Assembly: GCF_964355755.1 (NCBI RefSeq)
Contig: NC_092679.1
Location: 20,877,432 to 20,941,431, forward strand
Direction of reading: 5' to 3'
Length of the DNA: 64,000 bases
From: Antedon mediterranea
Taxonomy: Eukaryota; Animalia; Echinodermata
Shown: piece after piece, positions 23,556 to 37,400 of the stretch
Layout: every line of letters begins with the position of its first letter
How positions within the stretch are numbered: position 1 is the first letter of the stretch
Translations under genes and position numbers: made by a program
Notes under the pieces: generated by a model
What the model was told of the DNA's origin: nothing
Databases searched by the model: none
The model's input: the letters and a program-made list of their open reading frames with translations, nothing else

Positions 23556-23620
23556 GAGGACCCCTTAAAATCAGCTCGCCGGCTGGGCCACCCTCTTGAA
23601 ATATGGTGAAATAAATAATC
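23556..23620 (+). mobile_element. LINE (L2/CR1-like) 3' terminal remnant
   Basis: GAGGACCCC...CAGCTCGCCGGCTGGGCCACCCTC stem-loop followed by an AAATAAATAA tail. Confidence 0.35.
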
Positions 23621-24625
23621 AGATCAGTACTGAAATCATGGTTTTATTATAAATTAATATTAACATGAATAAAATAGCAACTTTTCGACAAATTCATCCT
23701 TATTTTTGTGTGTAGTATTCCTTTTTGACATAATTGTTTTTTGCTGTATCTTGGAATATCATAAAAACAAAATGAGACTGATTATAAACAGATATAGGCA
23801 ATCAAAAACATTGTGGGTGAGTCTCAAAATAATTACTGTGAACAACCCGATGCAATGCTCATGTCCTTAAAGAGACGTTGGAAACTGTTGCTTTGGGACA
23901 AGTACAATAGAGGCAATCAAAAGCCGTACAAAATTCATGTGAAGGTTCTATGTTTTTGCTAATGATTTAGGACTATGTCACTGAAATAGATTGAATATAA
24001 AATTGTGACACAACCACCAGATTGGAATAGCATAACAACTTTACAGTATTCTCCCAAAAACCGAATTCTTTCACTCTGGAGGTTGCAACTACAAAAAAAT
24101 GCAAATCAGAATTTTGGGCCAGCCCTAGGGTTTTGGGATAGTTGCTTACCAATACAGGTAAGAAAATGCGTCCATTAACACTAGAAAACTTCGTTTTCTT
24201 CGTTTACACACATTAACAAAGTTTTTTAGTTGGTCTTGAGTCTTTATACATACTGGTGTATTTTTCCTTTTGTTTAGTGGTGTAGCGGTTACGTACAAGT
24301 GCTCACTGGCTAAACCCAGGGGCCCACAAGAGCAAACCATGAGCAGCCTAATGCAGCTACCCAGCATTCAAGGGTCACTTAGGAATGCTAAACCAAGGGC
24401 CTTGTCTCTTGCTTTACGCTACTGCTGCTACTGCTTATCATCAACCTTTCTTCAGATAGTAAACAAGTTTATTAATTGGTCTTGAGTGTTGTTTTCAGAC
24501 CTTATTCAGTTTCTTTATTTAGTCTTGAGTCTAAAACACAATCTCGCAATAACAAAGCTAATACGCTTAGCAGTGTCTTCAGATACATATTAATCTTTTT
24601 TCTCATTTTTGGTCTTGTATCAAAT

Positions 24626-27600
24626 TCACACATGTTTTATGGTGTATTTTCCTTTTTGCAAGTTTGAAAGATATAATTTTGATTTTGTGCCGTCATTCAA
24701 TTTTAACCAGATTTCACTTGTGTTGATGGATGTAATAACACCACTGCAAAAAAAAAAATGAAATTAGGAAATTGTTTGAAATTACCTAAAAATAGCAGTA
24801 CTTTAATGCTCTGTCTACACTATCAAACGGGTTTGACAAAAAAATGTGATGTGTCCAAATATGGTAATGATATGACATTATCATGTCCAGTGTGATGTGC
24901 CCAAAATTGGTAGTGGTATGCTTAAATATGGTAGTGATATGACATCATCATGTCCATATATGGGCACATCACATTTTGCTGCCACATTAAGTTTGATAGT
25001 GTGGTCTTCATCAATACCTCTACAAAGTATATTTGAGATTGTTCCACTTACCGGATGGGTGTATCCTCTCGTTTCTCTATAACCACGTTTGACGACTTGC
25101 CGAACCATAAACCCTCGTAACATAATCGTCCATCCTCATATCTAGCGCTGTATGGATGCCTGTGAGCTTCTGACCGATACACATCTATAAAAAATAAATG
25201 GTTTCCATGATTTTAGTGTTTTTTAGCTAACAGCACAGTAGTTGTCACTCAACATCTCGAACACTGAACATCTTGCGACATAGCACACTTAACAAGACAA
25301 TCAGTGCGGCCAAAGTGTGCATAGACTTCGTATCATTTTTATTCATGTGGTTTGGGTCATCCTCTTGAATATTCTTATAGATTTGTATAGAGCTCTTTGC
25401 GCTGGAATATCAGAGTCTATACAAAGAAGGTGTCCACACCATATCAACAGGATAAACATCAATATTATTAAAATAATGAAATCAACAAATCTAAACTTAC
25501 GATCAGACTTTCGCCTGGCACTGCTTGTTCCTCTGGCCTAAAACATTAAAAAGTAAATATATTAAACAACTGGAAAAATACATCTGAAACATTTGTGAAA
25601 TAATATAACATTTTTTAATTTTAATAAAAACAAATTGGAATTTCAGGTCTATAGAAAATAAACATAATCATTTGTATACATAAAAGTATATTCAGTAACT
25701 TTACACCTTTTAAACAATTTTTCTGCCAGAACAGAACATTTTTAACAATTTCAGAAAATCCTGTGTTTAATCTACAGAAATTATCATTTATGGTTAATTT
25801 ATTGGTACAACATAATTGAAAGCAACATATTTCTCATACCTTCATAATTGCTGTCCAGTCTTCAAGAATTTCAAATTCTCTCAACATGTACACAATAAAA
25901 GGACGTAAAATAATTGTTAAGAAATACAAAAACCGTATCAAAAATATGTCAACTTTATTTATGATGTTTTCTCTGTACATCCATACTCTACATATGATCT
26001 TTATCTGGTAGGTGTCGCCATCGGTGAAGTAAAAAAGTGCTCTAAAGCAACGTCGGGGTCACTACTATAATGACTCTGCACATCACTATGTGTTTTCACC
26101 GGAATGAAGAAATAAAGACCAATTTATAGTGAAAGGGAAAGAGAGTTTTAATTCTCAACATGACCATTATATTCAAATTATCTTACGCAGCAAACAAATG
26201 TCAAAAAGGAACTCATTAATTATTCATAAAATCAGATTGTGCATATAAAAATTAATATAAGGCTTCAATTCTTTAACAGAACACAAATTTAGGTCACAAC
26301 AGTGGATATGTTTCACTTCCCGACTGGATTTTTATAAATATATACAAGTGTCATTTCAATACAACACTGTAACGTCTCTAAAGCTCTGTCTACACTATCA
26401 AACTTTATGTGTCAAAAAAAATGTGATGTGCCTATATATGGTAGTGCTTTGCTTAAATATGGTAGTGATATGACATCATCATGTCCATATATGGCCACAT
26501 CACATTTTGTTGACATATAAAGTTTGATAGTGTAGACAAGGTTTAAGACTTTGTTAGCAAACTGTGTATACTGTACTATGACAAATGAATATTAAAGTTC
26601 AAATATTACATTGAAAAGGATATCAGAAACAGCTATAGGTTTTTTCTTCTTATCCGGATGAAGAGGATCGGTTTTTCGTAGATGTTTCTTTTGAGATTCA
26701 TTCCACAATTCTTTTTAGAGAGGGAAAAAATAAAATATTAAATAACAAATACCTGTATTTTCATTTCATCATAGAACCATGACATATTATTTATATGTTA
26801 TTTTAAGCAATATTTTTTAAAAGCAATACACTAAAAAACTGACCTGCAGAAATGTCAATATTGTGGCGGTCTTCCTCTAACTTTCTAATTTTTTCCTCAA
26901 GATCCGCACGGAATGCATCTTTCAAAAGAATTTTTTCACTCTGAAAAGATAATAGTTAGTATAGGTAGTTTGCTCTTCCAGAAAATCAGTGTAAACATAA
27001 GGATGTTTTCTACAAAAACGCTCGATGAAATTGTGCTGGCCAAGAACACCCACCTTTAAAATCGTCCATTTATTTGAAGGCCTAATTTCACCCAAGAAAA
27101 CTATAGGTACCAGAAAGAACTGGTTTATTTTTGTTCTTAACAACCTCTAACCTTTTAACAACCATCACTAGACTTCTCTAACCCAGAAGTAAATTATCTC
27201 CTCTTACCTCATAATGTTCAAGCGCTGCTTTTCCTTCGCACTCGTATGCATTCTCAATATTTTTCAGTTTCAGCTTACGAAGGATACCACATATATGCAG
27301 GGTCATCTGAGTGTGTTCTTCAAGTTCTTTCAACGGTTTTAAGTATTCTATGGCATATTCTTTGTGAACTTCTTCTAACTTTGAATCAACTTGGCTTAGG
27401 CGTTCATGATATAGTCTAGCAGAGAATAATACACAATTAAATAAAACCACTATTACCTTGTTTACTCTTTTAATCTCAGGATTTTCCAGAGAAATAGGTA
27501 GGTAGAAAGATATTTGCCAAATTTCAGTGGCTGGTCAACATTTAATGAGTGTCAATTTGTGGTTAATAGACAGATTAAACTTTTTCTTAACAATATTGTT

Positions 27601-28316
27601 TACTCTTAAAATAACTATTAATGAAAATGTTCAATTTAACTAACTTTTATTTTATTTCTGTAAAACTTTATTTTATTTTCAATAACATGTTACAATTACT
27701 ATACTGTACACAAATTTGTTTTTCCTCATTATCAATTTATTGAATTAAAATATGTACAGTGGGCTAATAATGTTTAGTTACAGTATTCATCTCATTTGTT
27801 ACAATTGCTGTACACTAAAATTGTCCGAATAGAAAATCAAACGTCTAAATAATAATAATAATAAACAGTATTTATATAGCGCCTAATGGATCACTGACCC
27901 CTCTAGGTGCTTAACATTAGACCTTAACTAATGGTAATAAACTATCCCCCGCCGGACACCATTCCGGTATTTCTTAGACGAGGTTTCGGGGATGGAGAAA
28001 TTTATATTCAATTTTAGGAATAATAATTTTGGATATTACTGTACTGTATATGAAAACCCAAATGTATTGAAATTATCAACATTACGTAGCTAAATACTAA
28101 AACTTACATTTCTTTTAAATCTGAAAACTGAATTTCAAGATCAGTCATGTCATCAAAACATTCAGTTTTTCGTTTATCACATTCTTCTTCATCCATGTCT
28201 AAATTAAAAACAAAGCAATATCAAAGTCTAGATAAAAAAAAAAGTAACAAACCGAATAAGCCTGTTGTTAAAATGGAAATGACATCGCTGCCAAACAAAG
28301 AAAAATAATAATGTAT

Positions 28317-28353
<37 letters not shown>

Positions 28354-28970
28354 GGTATATTGAAATATAGTCTCTAATCCCAGTGGTCACAGGGACAGTG
28401 CATATTTCAGCCGCCAGGCTTTACCAAAAAAATAATAATTAAGAATTAATTAATTATGAATTTAGGCAACCAAAATGATACTGACTCAGACTGAATACTA
28501 AAATGCTTTATTTGTCCAATAGAAATTCATCTTAAATATTTGAAAATATTAGTAAGATAAAAAAACAGATAAATATATTTATATAATTAATACTAGGTAC
28601 ATACAGTACACACACATTATGTTGCACAAAACTAAGTTTTAAAATACGATAAATATGCATAAAATGCTTAAAAATAAAAAGTTCAAAATTGATAAAAATT
28701 TATTTAAAAAAAAAATTTACAGACAGATCTCAGCTAGCCAGAATAAGTAGGCCTAGTTCTTAGGCCGGATCATCCGCTAGGCCCAGGCCCAATGTGATTG
28801 ATATTCAAGCAGCGGGAAAACTCACCAGAACTATCATCAGAGCCAGAGTCACTGCCCGTTCCTTCTTCCATATCGTCTCCGTCGGTTTTTTCACTGTGAC
28901 TATCAGGTGTACTGTCTTCTTGTGCCATATCTTCTTGATCACTATCAACCTCATCTCGAGTAGAAGGCAT
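24626..28970 (-). CDS. BRMS1L: Breast cancer metastasis-suppressor 1-like protein (Sds3 family, Sin3/HDAC complex), 326 aa
   Basis: Exons 28970-28826, 28198-28108, 27415-27208, 26940-26844, 26710-26624, 25904-25840, 25537-25501, 25184-25052, 24743-24626; 981 nt with consistent phases. Motifs [59 protein letters not shown] and the C-terminal [21 protein letters not shown] match recalled BRMS1L. Confidence 0.95.
24807..25002. mobile_element. Harbinger/Tourist-like MITE family A, right end truncated (BRMS1L intron 8)
   Basis: GCTCTGTCTACACTATCAAAC...AGTTTGATAGTGT with the family core GTGATGTGCCCA. Confidence 0.8.
25905..26623 (-). other. U12-type (minor spliceosome) AT-AC intron, BRMS1L intron 5
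   Basis: 5' site |ATATCCTTTT, branch point TTTCTTAAC (25924-25916) 11 nt before the terminal AC|. Joining these ends restores VSGPFIVYML in frame. Confidence 0.93.
26382..26543. mobile_element. Harbinger-like MITE family A inside the U12 intron
   Basis: TIR AGCTCTGTCTACACTATCAAACTTTATGT; TAA TSD. Confidence 0.85.
27862..27960 (-). mobile_element. SINE/LINE 3' tail remnant
   Basis: Reverse complement reads AAGCACCTAGAGGG...TTAGGCGCTATATAAATACTG followed by (TTA)n, typical of L2-dependent SINE tails. Confidence 0.4.
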
Positions 28971-29099
28971 TTTAAATTCAGAGTTTTTTACTGCTGCTAC
29001 TACAAAAAAAGGTTACTAGACCTATATTTTAGGGTATTTAAAATCAAAGGCCTCAAAAAACACAACACGACATTCAAGCAAAAAGAAGCCATCAACAAC

Positions 29100-29530
29100 A
29101 AACCGAAAACAACGACTGCGCCCTCAATGTTTATACCGCATCAATTAGACTCTCGCCTGTCGTTTCGTATCAAAGATAGTTAGGGCAGTACCAAAAACCC
29201 AAAGAGCAGCTTTATAGCGTGTTTCAAAGAGATAGAACAGAGCATATTTTTCATTTCAATTTTAGTACACAAATAAAAACTCCACAACAATGACCATCCT
29301 GAATTAATCAATAGTTAACATTTTAAAATCTGCTATGTTACTATAATATTTCCTATTTTTACCGTCTTAATGATTTTCATCCAATCATGTTGTACAAGGA
29401 GAATTTACAATTCCCGGGCGGGTAGCAACAGCAGGAAAATTTGCTAAATTAGCCAATCAATGCACAGAACATAACTTGGCCAATCAAATAAAAGATCAAT
29501 TTTTTAATTTGCATATTAAGACGAAGCAAC
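29100..29530. promoter_or_regulatory. BRMS1L upstream/promoter region
   Basis: Two GCCAATCA boxes (~29452, ~29479), octamer ATTTGCAT (~29507), GGGCGG (~29415) and GCGCCCTCAATGT (29118). Confidence 0.5.
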
Positions 29531-30443
29531 ACACTTTTTTCGTATGGTGGAAGGCCTACGTAAGTTGATGATCAGCCCCGTGACAAAAATTCAGGGAACC
29601 TATAATAAATTAATTAGAACGAGATGTAGGCATATAAGTAAGTTGAGGCCTAGTTCTAGGTGTTATTCAAAATATAAAGTTATCCTTTATGAAAAATACT
29701 TTAGGCTACTTGGAAACTTTTCACACTCAATGAATCAGACGGTATCGGTAGGCCTGGTTGAAAGTCGAATTAGAGCTGTAGGCTTATCGCATTCATCAAA
29801 GTGAGCTAGACAGGATCGAGTGGCAGTGCAACAAGTAAGATTGACTACTGTAGGCTATAAAGAGGCCATTCTTTTCTCAAATAATTTTAATCATCAGCTT
29901 GACCAATGAGGTTAAAATACATGGCTCCGAAACAAATGAGAAATGCATTTTTGTTTATTCCAGCCTTCTTAGATTATTTTAGAAGAGGCCTAACCCATGA
30001 TAATTGTTTTTTTGCACACTTATAGCCTATTGTTTTTTTTTTATTAATTATGAGTTATTCGAGATCTTATCGACATTAATAAGTTCATTTTATTTGCGCG
30101 TAGGCCTATCTTACACAATGAATGAAAATGATATTATTAAGAAACTATTCATTTTCAAGAAAAATACAAATTCATAAATAAAATGGGCCGTTCAAAGTAC
30201 ACACCATCGATCATATATTTCATATCAGGATTCAATATTTGAGCATCAATTTCTAAGTAGGTAAGTATTCTCCTATTTCATTTAATGGTATAAATTGAAT
30301 CACATTGATGAATAGCTAAACAATTTTTTTGTCTTCTACATAATGACTGTATACTGTATTAATATTATATTAATGTTAAGTACGGTACTGTACTTTATTG
30401 TACAGTACGAATATAGGGAGAGAAAAAAGTACTGAAAACACAA

Positions 30444-30590
30444 TGCTGCCATCTAGTGTCGAATGCCTAGCGACATCAAGCTTACTACTGATGCTGCTGT
30501 GTCGTCCTCTCTCTGTTGAGTTGTTATGACTTTTCGGTCATAATTTTGTTAAAAACGTCATATCAGTATGAATTGATAAATAGTTAAAGT
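30444..30590 (+). promoter_or_regulatory. Probable FSIP1 promoter and non-coding first exon with CTCF-like and RFX X-box-like sites
   Basis: TGCTGCCATCTAGTGTC (30444-30460, CTCF-like). TGCCTAGCGAC and GTTGTTATGAC are X-box-like. Donor AAA|GTATGT at ~30589, then a TAGGCCTA-rich intron to the acceptor at 31431. Confidence 0.45.
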
Positions 30591-30659
30591 ATGTGAAGAT
30601 GTCATGCACTTGATATTTTCTAAGTTTGATTAATATTACTAGCTTTTCAGAGGTATTAT

Positions 30660-31240
30660 AGGCTAGGCTAGGTTTGATAATGTAATAATTAATTAGGCTA
30701 GGCCTAGCCTAGGCTGGCCCTAGGCTAGGCTAGTAGGCCTAGGCCCCTACTAGGCCTAGCCCTGGTGGGCCTAGGCCTAGAGCCTCTAGGCCTAGGCCTA
30801 CTACTAGGCCTAGCCTAGACCTAGGCTTCTTCTTCTTCCAATTTAGTGCAAACTTCAGACTTGAAGACTATAGGCCTAGCACTTTGGTGGGATGTGATGC
30901 GAGTGAGTTAGTTTATTTGCACAGTGGCTGTCTGTGGGCCTAGTTAGTAGGAAGGAGGCCTAGTAGGCTATACTCTAAGGCTAGGCCTAACCTAGCTAGG
31001 CTAGGTTAAGCCTAGTACTGTAGGCTAGGCCTAGCTAGTGTAGTAAGTAGACAAAGCGATCGCAAGCGGGTAAGGTAGGTTAGCTAGCAGGTCTAGCATC
31101 GACTGGAACCTAGACTAGGCCTAGTTTGCCTTTAGTAGGCTAGTGTAGGCTCGTTAAAAGAGAGCCTAGGCAGTAGTAGTAGTAGTAGTAGAAGTACATT
31201 TAGTTTGTTCACTTACTGTCTGTAGACTCTAGGCCTAGTT
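30660..31240. repeat. TAGGCCTA/CTAG-rich low-complexity tract
   Basis: Dense overlapping AGGCCT/CTAG palindromes. Confidence 0.85.
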
Positions 31241-31447
31241 ATTTTCTTATTGTGGATATTCACATGGTCTGCCAGTGTAACATTTAATTAATTTAGGCTA
31301 GTAATTCAATTGTGTAGACAGTACGGACATTGAACCATACTGAATTTTTATATTGAATACTTCATAAACCTAAACATATTTAATTGTATGTATTTTATTT
31401 TCAATAATACCAAATTCTTTTTACATTTTAGCCATCCAATAATAATA

Positions 31448-34400
31448 ATGGATATAACTCGTGGGAGCTTAGATGAAATTACCAGACCAGCAAGCAGTGA
31501 GCGCTGGCGTCCTGGTAGCCGTGTTTCCCTCTCAAATGCTAGTATAAGAAATACACCAACTCCTTTACAGAGTTCATTGGAAATACTGCTGCCAGATAAC
31601 CTTGGATTTCAGGTAAGATATACTATACCTACACACACACACACACACAAAAACAAGGAAGGTGTACTAAACATATTGATGAATAGTAGAAAAAAACTGG
31701 TATCCCAGCTCGTAATTTAAGAAACAACAATATCCTCTCTTTTCCCTTTAGTAGAGTCAGTTTACTCTAAAAACGTTTATAATCGGTCTTCCTCTGTTTA
31801 GTATTCTTGAGTTTGTGTAACTGTCTTTTGTTTCTGTTAACCATGCTGTGGTGGATTTGTTTGATGCTGTTGTTTTTGATTGGCCAAGGCACTCCCAGTT
31901 GCTCTTGTAATATACCCTCTAAATGTTACATAGAATTTGAACACATGCTGTATTGGCCTATTGGTTTTTATATTAAGTAGATTGTTAAAAATATATTATG
32001 ATGCATATTCTCATTTGAAGGATGAAGACCTAGAGGTTGAAGAATATATTTCACCAACAGAAGAATTTGAGAAAGATGAGGATTACACAAGTGAGTAAAT
32101 GTTTTAATTTTAGGTTAAAGATATATTGTTCCCCTTAAAAAGTAATATAAAAAAAAAATTGTAATTTAAAATAAAAAATTGTCAAATTGTCTATTGACTA
32201 TACAATGTATTTTTGGTTATATTTAACAGTTTATTTTGTCTTTATAAGTAAAACTATTATTTTTGTTAATTTGTTTTCCATGGAATTGGAAGTGAATTAC
32301 TTGATTGAAACTACAAAATTACATTCAAAGTCTGATCTTTTTTTTTCATGTTTTTTGGGGGCAATACATCTTTAAGTTGAACAAACTATTTTTACAAAAC
32401 ATACAAATCATTCTGTAAAAATTAGTAAATAAACACCAAAGCTACAATTAATTGATATCTCAATAATGACAACTAATAATGAAATCATCTACCCTGTGGT
32501 TGTTTTAAGTTGCCTATTATTGGTTTGTTTATTAGGCGACATACCATGCGAAAACAATGCCAATGTTAATCATAGTGGAGAGGAACAATCTGATCATAAT
32601 GATGAAGAAAAAGAAGATAATGATCACATGGATCCAAAGATTAAAGAGGCAATCAAAAAGATGGAAAAACTAGATCGTATCCTTGCAAAGAAAATGAAAC
32701 GAGAGAAGGATGTAAAACGAGAGAGACTTCTTCTGGAACAGAAGCTGCTTGAGGAGTTGGAGAGAGCAAAACCTGTAGGCAGACAGGAAGCAAAGGAATC
32801 GGCAGATAACACTGTGAAATTCCTGGCTCTCAAGCCACCACCAAAGCACTACGAAGGTAAGTCAAATTTACTAGCTGCAGCATTCTCCCATAGTTCATAG
32901 AATAGAGAATATAAATTGCTTCCCATCTGTATTAAAAGTGATGTAAGAAAATATAACATAAAGTAGGGGTAGACAGGCCTTGCTATTAAAACATTATTAC
33001 TGTACATTAACTGGATTGAAAAAATACAATTATATTATATATATTATATTTTTTTAGATTTAGGTAAATCTTACACTATACTACTTTTTTGGTTTTGGTG
33101 CCTCTCTTAGTTGTCTGGAAATTCATTTCTAAATTGGGAGAACGCTGACACCTTTTTAGAATTATCAAAATTATATTCCGGTAGATTTGTTTCTGTAACT
33201 GTGTCGTCAATTTTTGTGTCTGCTAAAAGTAAGTAAATTACAAGTACTGTCGTTATTGATGTAAGTGTCTTTTATTCCTTTTAGGTATCCTTACAGAAGA
33301 GGAAGAGGTTTGCTTCTCACCTTTATTTGCAACACAGCCTACCGAAATAAACACCAACAAGAATTCTGGAGAGTCTGCCAGTGATGGTGCCAGTACAACC
33401 AGATCAGGTAAATAACGCATTTTTTGAAAGTGTCATTGCCGAAACTGTTAATGTATAGTGATATGTTTTCTTAAATTCGCTCATACTTAATATATATATC
33501 AGGTTATATTTATTATTATAAATTTATATAACAACATACATAGAGAAGGCAGTCAAAAGCTGAAATTGTCTGCAAACAATAAAAAAAAAATAGCTCAATA
33601 AAATGGCACACACTAAAAAACAAGTTATAAAAATATGTTAAAAAAAAATGTTTTAAAAGTTTAAGATAAATACACTACAACCTTTTAGAAGATTCAATAA
33701 CTTTGATTAACCTTTTCATTGTATATATGAAGATAATTTGTCATAGTGAAGTGAATTAATAATACTATCCTGGATTTATAAAGTGCTGACAACAAAATAA
33801 TACTTCACCTTTTCAAATGTCGATCTGTGTTTGTACAAACCAGACTTATAACTTCCTCCACTCTGAAGAAACATAAGCAGATGTCTATTTAACATCCTAA
33901 TACACTATAACAAGAAAATATTATTTTCTAATCTAAAATAATTACATTTTTTATGTAGAATCTACCGGAAAGTGCTCTACAGGGAAATTCTCAACAAGTA
34001 GTCGTCAAACTTCTGGCACCAACAAAAATAAAAAGGGAGCTAAGAAAGGGAAAACAATTACTAAGAAAAATAGTATAGATTCAAAAGATGAAGTGGACTT
34101 CATTCACAGAAACATTCAGGTAAAATAAAGATGTTTGATTTGTTTGTTTATTGTCATACAATTAATAAAATAGTTCAAATGGTAATATCAATTGTAGTTA
34201 TTGTAAAGGCCACTTTACATCGTACGACAATGCAAGATAGCATTGGGCGTAGTTTTCAGGTCGTTGCGAGAACTTTAGACATGTTTAATTTTCATCGGGC
34301 CTCGTTGTACAACGCTGTCATTATCACTATTTTATAATAAAATATATCGCCCTCAATTTGGTGCAAATAATCATCTATGTTGTATTGTTGCAATATCAAA

Positions 34401-37400
34401 GTTTTCACTGATATTTTATTTTGTAATTTTAGCTTGCATCAGATGCCAGTAATGTTATTGCCATGACAGATGATGAGAAGCGACGGCTTGAAGATCTACT
34501 AGCGGATGTAGAGATGTTAGGAGATGACAACAAACAGGTATGAAATAGCAATAATGTGTAGAGGCTGACTCTGGTTTCTTAAGAGAATCAAATTTGGGTG
34601 ACATAACTTTCTTGGCTTACTTTACAGCACAAAAGCTATGTATACTTAATTCAAATTGATAATTTATATTAGAAATTCTGTGCGAATTGTATACAGGTAT
34701 TACTTTGTAAATCAATTATTCCTACTTTCTTTGTAATATAATGTTTTAAAAAATTTTTTTTATAATACATCATGTATTTTTATTTCATTTATTCATCTCA
34801 AAACAAGGACAGTACCGAGGTACTGTACAACAAACACACATCATTTTAAAACTAACTGAAACATGAGATGAAATACCATGCAAGCCAGATATTAAATTGA
34901 AATATTTTACTCTTTTGGTTTTCAGAATGATGAGAATTTACACACTTTGCAATTACAGTCGGTACCAGGTATCGGTTACCAACCTGAACAAAATGATATG
35001 CAGGCTTTGAAAGACATTGATGATAAACTGAAGCAATTAATGCCACTAGAAGACTATGAATCTATCTGTAGCACACCAAGGGAAATCAATATACATCCGT
35101 CTATTGTACGTTTATCTTCAGTTACTTTTTTCATTACATTTTGATGAGGCATGCTTGTTAAGCTCTGTCTACACTATCAAACATTATGTGTCAAAAAAAT
35201 GTGATGTGCCCATATATGGACATGATGATGTCATATCACTACCATATTTAAGCATAGCACTACCATATATAGGCACATCAAACTTTTTTGACACATAAAG
35301 TTTGATAGTGTAGACAAGGCTTTAATAAAAAGTGTTTCTGTTTTTGATACCATATTGTTTTAAGTCTCCATTCACTGTCTTAGTAATTAGCTCTAAATTA
35401 TCCAAATCCATATTTAAAACCATTCCTTCTCTTTTTTTAAAATTTTCAATGTCCAAGTCTCTTGAATCAGAAATTGTTCTAATACAGTTCTTTTTTTTAA
35501 ATAATATGTTTCCCTGTCAAATTATTATTACTTTTTTTTGTACAGTACATCAACTGCAGTGTATCTTTTGTCTGATTTTAATGCGTTTAATATTTTAAAA
35601 CCTTGTACTTTCTTTCACTTGAATGGTTTCTTTTTTTTTAGCTATTGACACACATGAGTGATCTTCGAGAATCTTTAGATGTGATGGAGTTGGGCGAAAA
35701 GGTACTGCAAGAAAATCATGTAATGAGAAACCAGCAGGAAAAATTAAAGAACATTGAAAAGGAGTTAGAAAAATTACAAAATCGTGTTGAAATGGAGGTA
35801 AATGCATGAAAACACTAATAATAATATTTTCAATCTGTTGCAATGAGCGAGATTGAGTTTTTTAATTGGAGAAATATACTATAGATAGGCAGTTCCCCTT
35901 CCTCCTCCTCCCAACCCTTCTCCCTTTAAGTTTAGCTTAAGCCCTATTTCCAAATCCCAGATCAGCCAGTATACATTCTTATACATTTTTTGTGGTTTTT
36001 TTAAAATAATCTTTGTTCTTTCTATTTATTTTTTGATTGTTTCAGATTATTTCACCTCGAATGTCCACAGCCCAATTCTCAGAGTTCTATGATGAATTTA
36101 CAGATGTTAGTTCGCGAGCAACATCTGAAACAAATTCTATTGCGTTATCATCTCCGCGAACTCCGCGGGAGAGTAACCCACCGAGTCGCTCAACCGTGGA
36201 TGCGTCATCTCCAAGGTCGCTCAGTCAGACCATGTCTGTATCACCAACAGTTTCAACACCTGAAAGTGAGAATGTCCGATTACCTCTGCCAAAGGATGTT
36301 CTTCAGCGACTGTTAGAGGAAGCAAGGAGTGATATGATGGGAGGTGATAGGAGTCGCCTGAGTACAGTTAGAGAGGAGAGTGAGCCAGAATACTCAACCA
36401 CCTCAAGGCAGTCGTGGGATTGCATGACAAATGGAAATGGTAAATTTATTCATAAACTTGACAACTTTATTTACATTCTATACCATTGCTAATGAACATT
36501 CTTTAGTCGTAAGAAGATGTCATAAGCAGGATCTTATTGTTACCAAATACATTTAGGAATACTTAGTTGTCCTGTGGATTAAGCCAATGATCACAATATA
36601 AATGTTTAAAATTAATTGTACAGTCCTTGAACATTTGTGAACATTTTTGTATTTCAGCTCGTGCAATCATGCCATCATTATCACAGAGCATTATTCAAGA
36701 TTTGATTAAGAACCCAAGAGTTACGTCTCACAGTTTGTCCTCCAGCAGAGCCAACAGCTCTTTGTCTCTGTCAAGCAACACTTCTTTATCAAACCACCAG
36801 GAATTGGTATCTGTCACTTCTCATTACTCTCATACAGAGAGCATTGATAATGACCGTACACCAGTGCCTGATGAAAGAGAAAATCACACTGACAATGGTA
36901 AACTTGCATCAGGGTATACCACAACTGATGATTTTTCTGGTAAATCAATTGTCAAGCAGGCTTGTTTTGATGAGAATAGCCTTAGCGCTGCTTCTGGTAG
37001 AGAAACACCTGATGATGACTGTAACGCAATAAATCAAACAAATGGTGACTTGTCTATTGAAGAAGATGGAAGTAAAATTTTGACTGCGGATGGAAGGATA
37101 TCGAGATCGCCCACCAGTGGGAGAATCTCAAAGTCTTCCACTACAGGGAAGATCTCTAGTGGAAGGATCTCGAGATCAATTTTGGAAAGGGAAATCGTGT
37201 CACCAGCTACAAAGAAACTAATGCATAGACCACATAGTAAAGATGAAATAAAATCCACATCAGAGGAAAAGGAGTGGAAAGACAGCCCAGATGAAAATGG
37301 TTTGATATCAAACGTAGATGGAAGGAATCAGAGACTGGATGTAATACTCCAACGTCACTCTCTAGGAGTGAAAGCACAGGCTATGCTGTCGCGTACTGAC

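Noticed and set aside
28794-29183. 129-aa plus-strand ORF, and other antisense ORFs over FSIP1 and the 22-kb ORF
   Set aside because: Shadow ORFs opposite real coding exons.
33285-33292. GTATCCTT U12-like donor in FSIP1
   Set aside because: It is the start of exon 4 directly after a TTTTAG acceptor, or lies before an in-frame alternative acceptor 12 nt downstream; it is not needed as a donor.
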